From: Eledone cirrhosa
Taxonomy: Eukaryota
Direction of reading: 5' to 3'
Length of the DNA: 64,000 nt
Assembly (NCBI GenBank): GCA_964016885.1
Contig: OZ024756.1
Span: 21,266,001 to 21,330,000, forward strand
Part shown: in pieces, positions 61,225-64,000 of the stretch
Numbering within the stretch: position 1 is the first letter of the stretch
How the letters are laid out: every line of letters starts with the position of its first letter
Notes under the pieces: generated by a model
Database searches by the model: none
Told to the model about the DNA's origin: nothing
Seen by the model: the letters and a program-made list of their open reading frames with translations, nothing else
Translations under genes and position numbers: made by a program

Positions 61225-61710
61225 CCTTCTTCTTCTTCTTCTTCTTCTTCTTCTTCTTCTTCTTCTTCTTCTTCTTCTTCTTCTTCTTCTTCTTCTTCTT
61301 CTTCTTCTTTGCCTTCTTCTTTGCCTTCTTCTTCTTCTTCTTCTTCTTCTTTGCCTTTGCCTTCTTCTTTGCCTTCTTCTTCTTCTTCTTTGCCTTCTTC
61401 TTCTTCTTCTTCTTCTTCTTCTTCTTCTTCTTCTTCTTCTTCTTCTTCTTCTTCTTCTTTGCCTTCTTCTTCTTTGCCTTCTTCTTCTTCTTCTTTGCCT
61501 TCTTCTTCTTTGCCTTCTTCTTCTTATTTGCCTTCTTCTTCTTTGCCTTCTTCTTCTTCTTCTTCTTCTTCTTCTTCTTCTTTTTCTTTTTCTTTTTCTT
61601 CTTCTTCTTCTTCTTTGCCTTTGCCTTCTTCTTCTTCTTCTTTGCCTTTGCCTTCTTCTTCGTCTTTGCCTACTTCTTCTTCTTCTTCGTCTTCTTCGCC
61701 TTCTTCTTGC
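61225..61710. repeat. (TCT)n repeat interrupted by TTGCCT
   Basis: Direct observation. Confidence 0.95.
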
Positions 61711-61859
61711 TTTGTAAAATTATATTAATTCCTACACACGTATATACAGACTTGAAGAAAACCACACTCCTACAACAAAACTCATTACTTGTCCCTATAT
61801 TATTTTATTTTATCTACAACTGTTTTCTCAATTTATTCCTTTAAAAAGTTTTCAATAAC

Positions 61860-62942
61860 AGTGTTTACTGATTTCGGCACAAGGCGAATGATTTGGGGCG
61901 AGGTGAAAGTCTATTAAATCAACGACAGGGCTTTACTGGTACTTTATTTAATCGACCCCGTAAGGATCAAAGACAAAGGTAACCTCGGCGTACAACAAAA
62001 ATGGTTTCTATTTGAGGCACAAGGCCAGTCATTCTGGTAAAGGTGAAAGTCGATTAAAATGTCGTCGCTCACCCCAGCTACGAACGTAGTATAGAATGCA
62101 GGGATGGGCGTTAATTCGGCTACAGTATCTGGTTGGTAGGGGACTATGAGTACTTGAGATTATTCCAGAAGCCTGACACGCAATCATGGTGTATGCTTCG
62201 CCAAATAAACGGGCTGTTTAAAGTTCTGGTTAACAAACAGCGACTACATGTGCTCAATGTTTAGAAATCTCTGCCAATATTTCAGCCTAAGTGCAAGCCT
62301 ACAAATAATAATTGTTTCTTCTTTTGGCACAAGGCCAGCAATTACCCCAGTACATTACTGGTACTGTATTTTATCGACCCCGTAAGGATGAAAGGCAAAG
62401 TTAACTTCGGCGGGATTTGAACTCAGACCGTAACGGGGCGTAACTCTATGCTACAAAGGATGGCGTCCGACCCTCTACCGATACTGCCAATTCACCGCGC
62501 TTACAAATAATAATTATTTCTACTTTTGGCACAAGACCAGCAATTACCCAGTGGGGCTTTCTTTTATTGACCCCATAATGATGAAAGGTAAACAAATAAT
62601 TGTTTCTACTTTAGGCACAAGGCCAGCAATTAACCAGTGCATTACTGGTACTGTAAACAAATACTAATGATTTCTACGATAGGCACAAAGCCAGCAATTT
62701 GGAGAGAGGGGTTAAGTCGGTTAAATCGACCCCAGTGCATTACTGAAGGCAAAGATGAAAGGCAAAGCTAACCTCGGCGGGATTTGAACTCAGAACGCAA
62801 AGGGCCGTAACACTATGTCGCGAAACATGGTGTCCGATGCTCTACCGATACTGCCAATCCACCACCCTTCAGGCATAGAAATAATAATTGTTTCTACTTT
62901 ACTCACAAGGTCAGCAATTACCCAGTGCATTACTGGTACTTT
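61860..62942 (-). mobile_element. Cluster of about 7 SINE family 1 copies and 3' fragments, all on the minus strand
   Basis: Repeated TGTTTCTACTTT..GGCACAAGGCCAGC-like starts at about 61860, 62002, 62310, 62512, 62597, 62668 and 62885. Confidence 0.8.
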
Positions 62943-63831
62943 TGGAAGATTACAAAACGCCTGATCAGTGGAACGTGTCCATTTTACAAATAGCAAATGT
63001 ATAGACGTTCCAGTCTCATCAAATGTAGTTTGGGGAAAGATATCACGGAGAGAATAGAATGTGTAATGGAGTTGATGCAGGCATTAGCTACCCATATGTG
63101 TTCGATATTTCAGAAATCGTTTATTCTTAGTTCATGTCTAGTTGAGACTGCCTACCTTGCTAGTTATCTTATCCCAATCCCTATGTCCTTGGAGCATAGA
63201 TCGAGTCAGACCAGGAACGACGGAGGGACATCAGACACAGCTACTACTGACCAGCGTAGAATTTCGTCTCCATCTGATCGGGTTACAAAACCGACTGGCT
63301 TGTCTGGTTAATGAGTGTGTTCATATTACTGTCTCATATTACTTCAGTACCGTACTGATCTCATAAATACCAGACGTATCCAACAGCATGGCAGTAATGT
63401 CGTCGAAGCATGCCGATACGGTTCTCTCCCGTTCCACTTCAATTGTTATGCCCTTCTGCAGTTGTGGCTCAAGAAATAAAATTACAGAAACGATGAGAAG
63501 GAACATTCTTGATGAATCAAGCGTATGATTCGAATCGGTTTGGATATATGGCTATTTATAGTTGCTGGTTAGGTTGTTGTATATGATGTTGTTGTTGTTG
63601 CTATTGTTAGTTTCTGGTCCTGTTCTTGTCGTTTATGATGTTGTTGTTGTTGCTAGTGTTCTTTTTCGTTTCATTTGTTTGCACTTTTTTTTTTTTGCTG
63701 TGATTGTTGTACTTGTGTTTTTTTTCTTTCTGTTTTGATGGTGTTGGGTTGTAGCTTAGTGGTTTCTATTGCGTCACGTCAAAACTTCCGTGTTTTAAGT
63801 TTAAACGACAATTATTTATAACCCGCCCCCA

Positions 63832-64000
63832 TTATCACCACCACCACCATTATCATCATCATCATCATCATCATCACCATCATCACCAACATCACCATCA
63901 TCACCACCATCACCACCATTACCACCACCACCATCACCAACATCATCACCCCCATCACTGCCACCATTACCACCACCTCCACCGTCACCACCATCATCAC
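63832..64000. repeat. (CAC/CAT)n trinucleotide repeat
   Basis: Direct observation. Confidence 0.9.

Noticed and set aside
61219-61728. Ser-rich 169-aa ORF
   Set aside because: (TCT)n microsatellite.
62950-63480. Complex-sequence block with a DSIYAPRT*GLG-like minus-strand translation
   Set aside because: It only weakly recalls an R2/NeSL-type LINE, has multiple stops, and cannot be supported without a search.

Overview
AT-rich eukaryotic non-coding DNA dominated by (TA)n/(CA)n/(GA)n microsatellites. The repeat content resembles an octopus/cephalopod genome (inference from recalled SINE families). No host protein-coding exon can be supported, and almost all long ORFs in the track are microsatellite artefacts. 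Recognisable elements: a young, 5'-truncated, GC-rich L1/Tx1-type LINE (40098-41880, -); several RTE-clade LINE 3' fragments; a Penelope-like GIY-YIG endonuclease fragment (44444-44855); a mariner remnant; hAT, pogo and Tc1 MITEs; and many tRNA-derived SINE copies, some with clear TSDs. The main unexplained structure is a dense set of short (about 100-400 bp) inserts, mostly inside (TA)n tracts. They carry type I hammerhead-ribozyme motifs (CUGANGA...GAAA...UH) from about eight unrelated sequence families. Many have a fold-back architecture, with an inverted ribozyme arm plus a 3' tail. Three of the families share an exact 11-mer, GTATTGAGTAC, about 30-46 nt from their 3' end. This is best read as a set of Penelope-derived, ribozyme-bearing, microsatellite-associated mini-elements.
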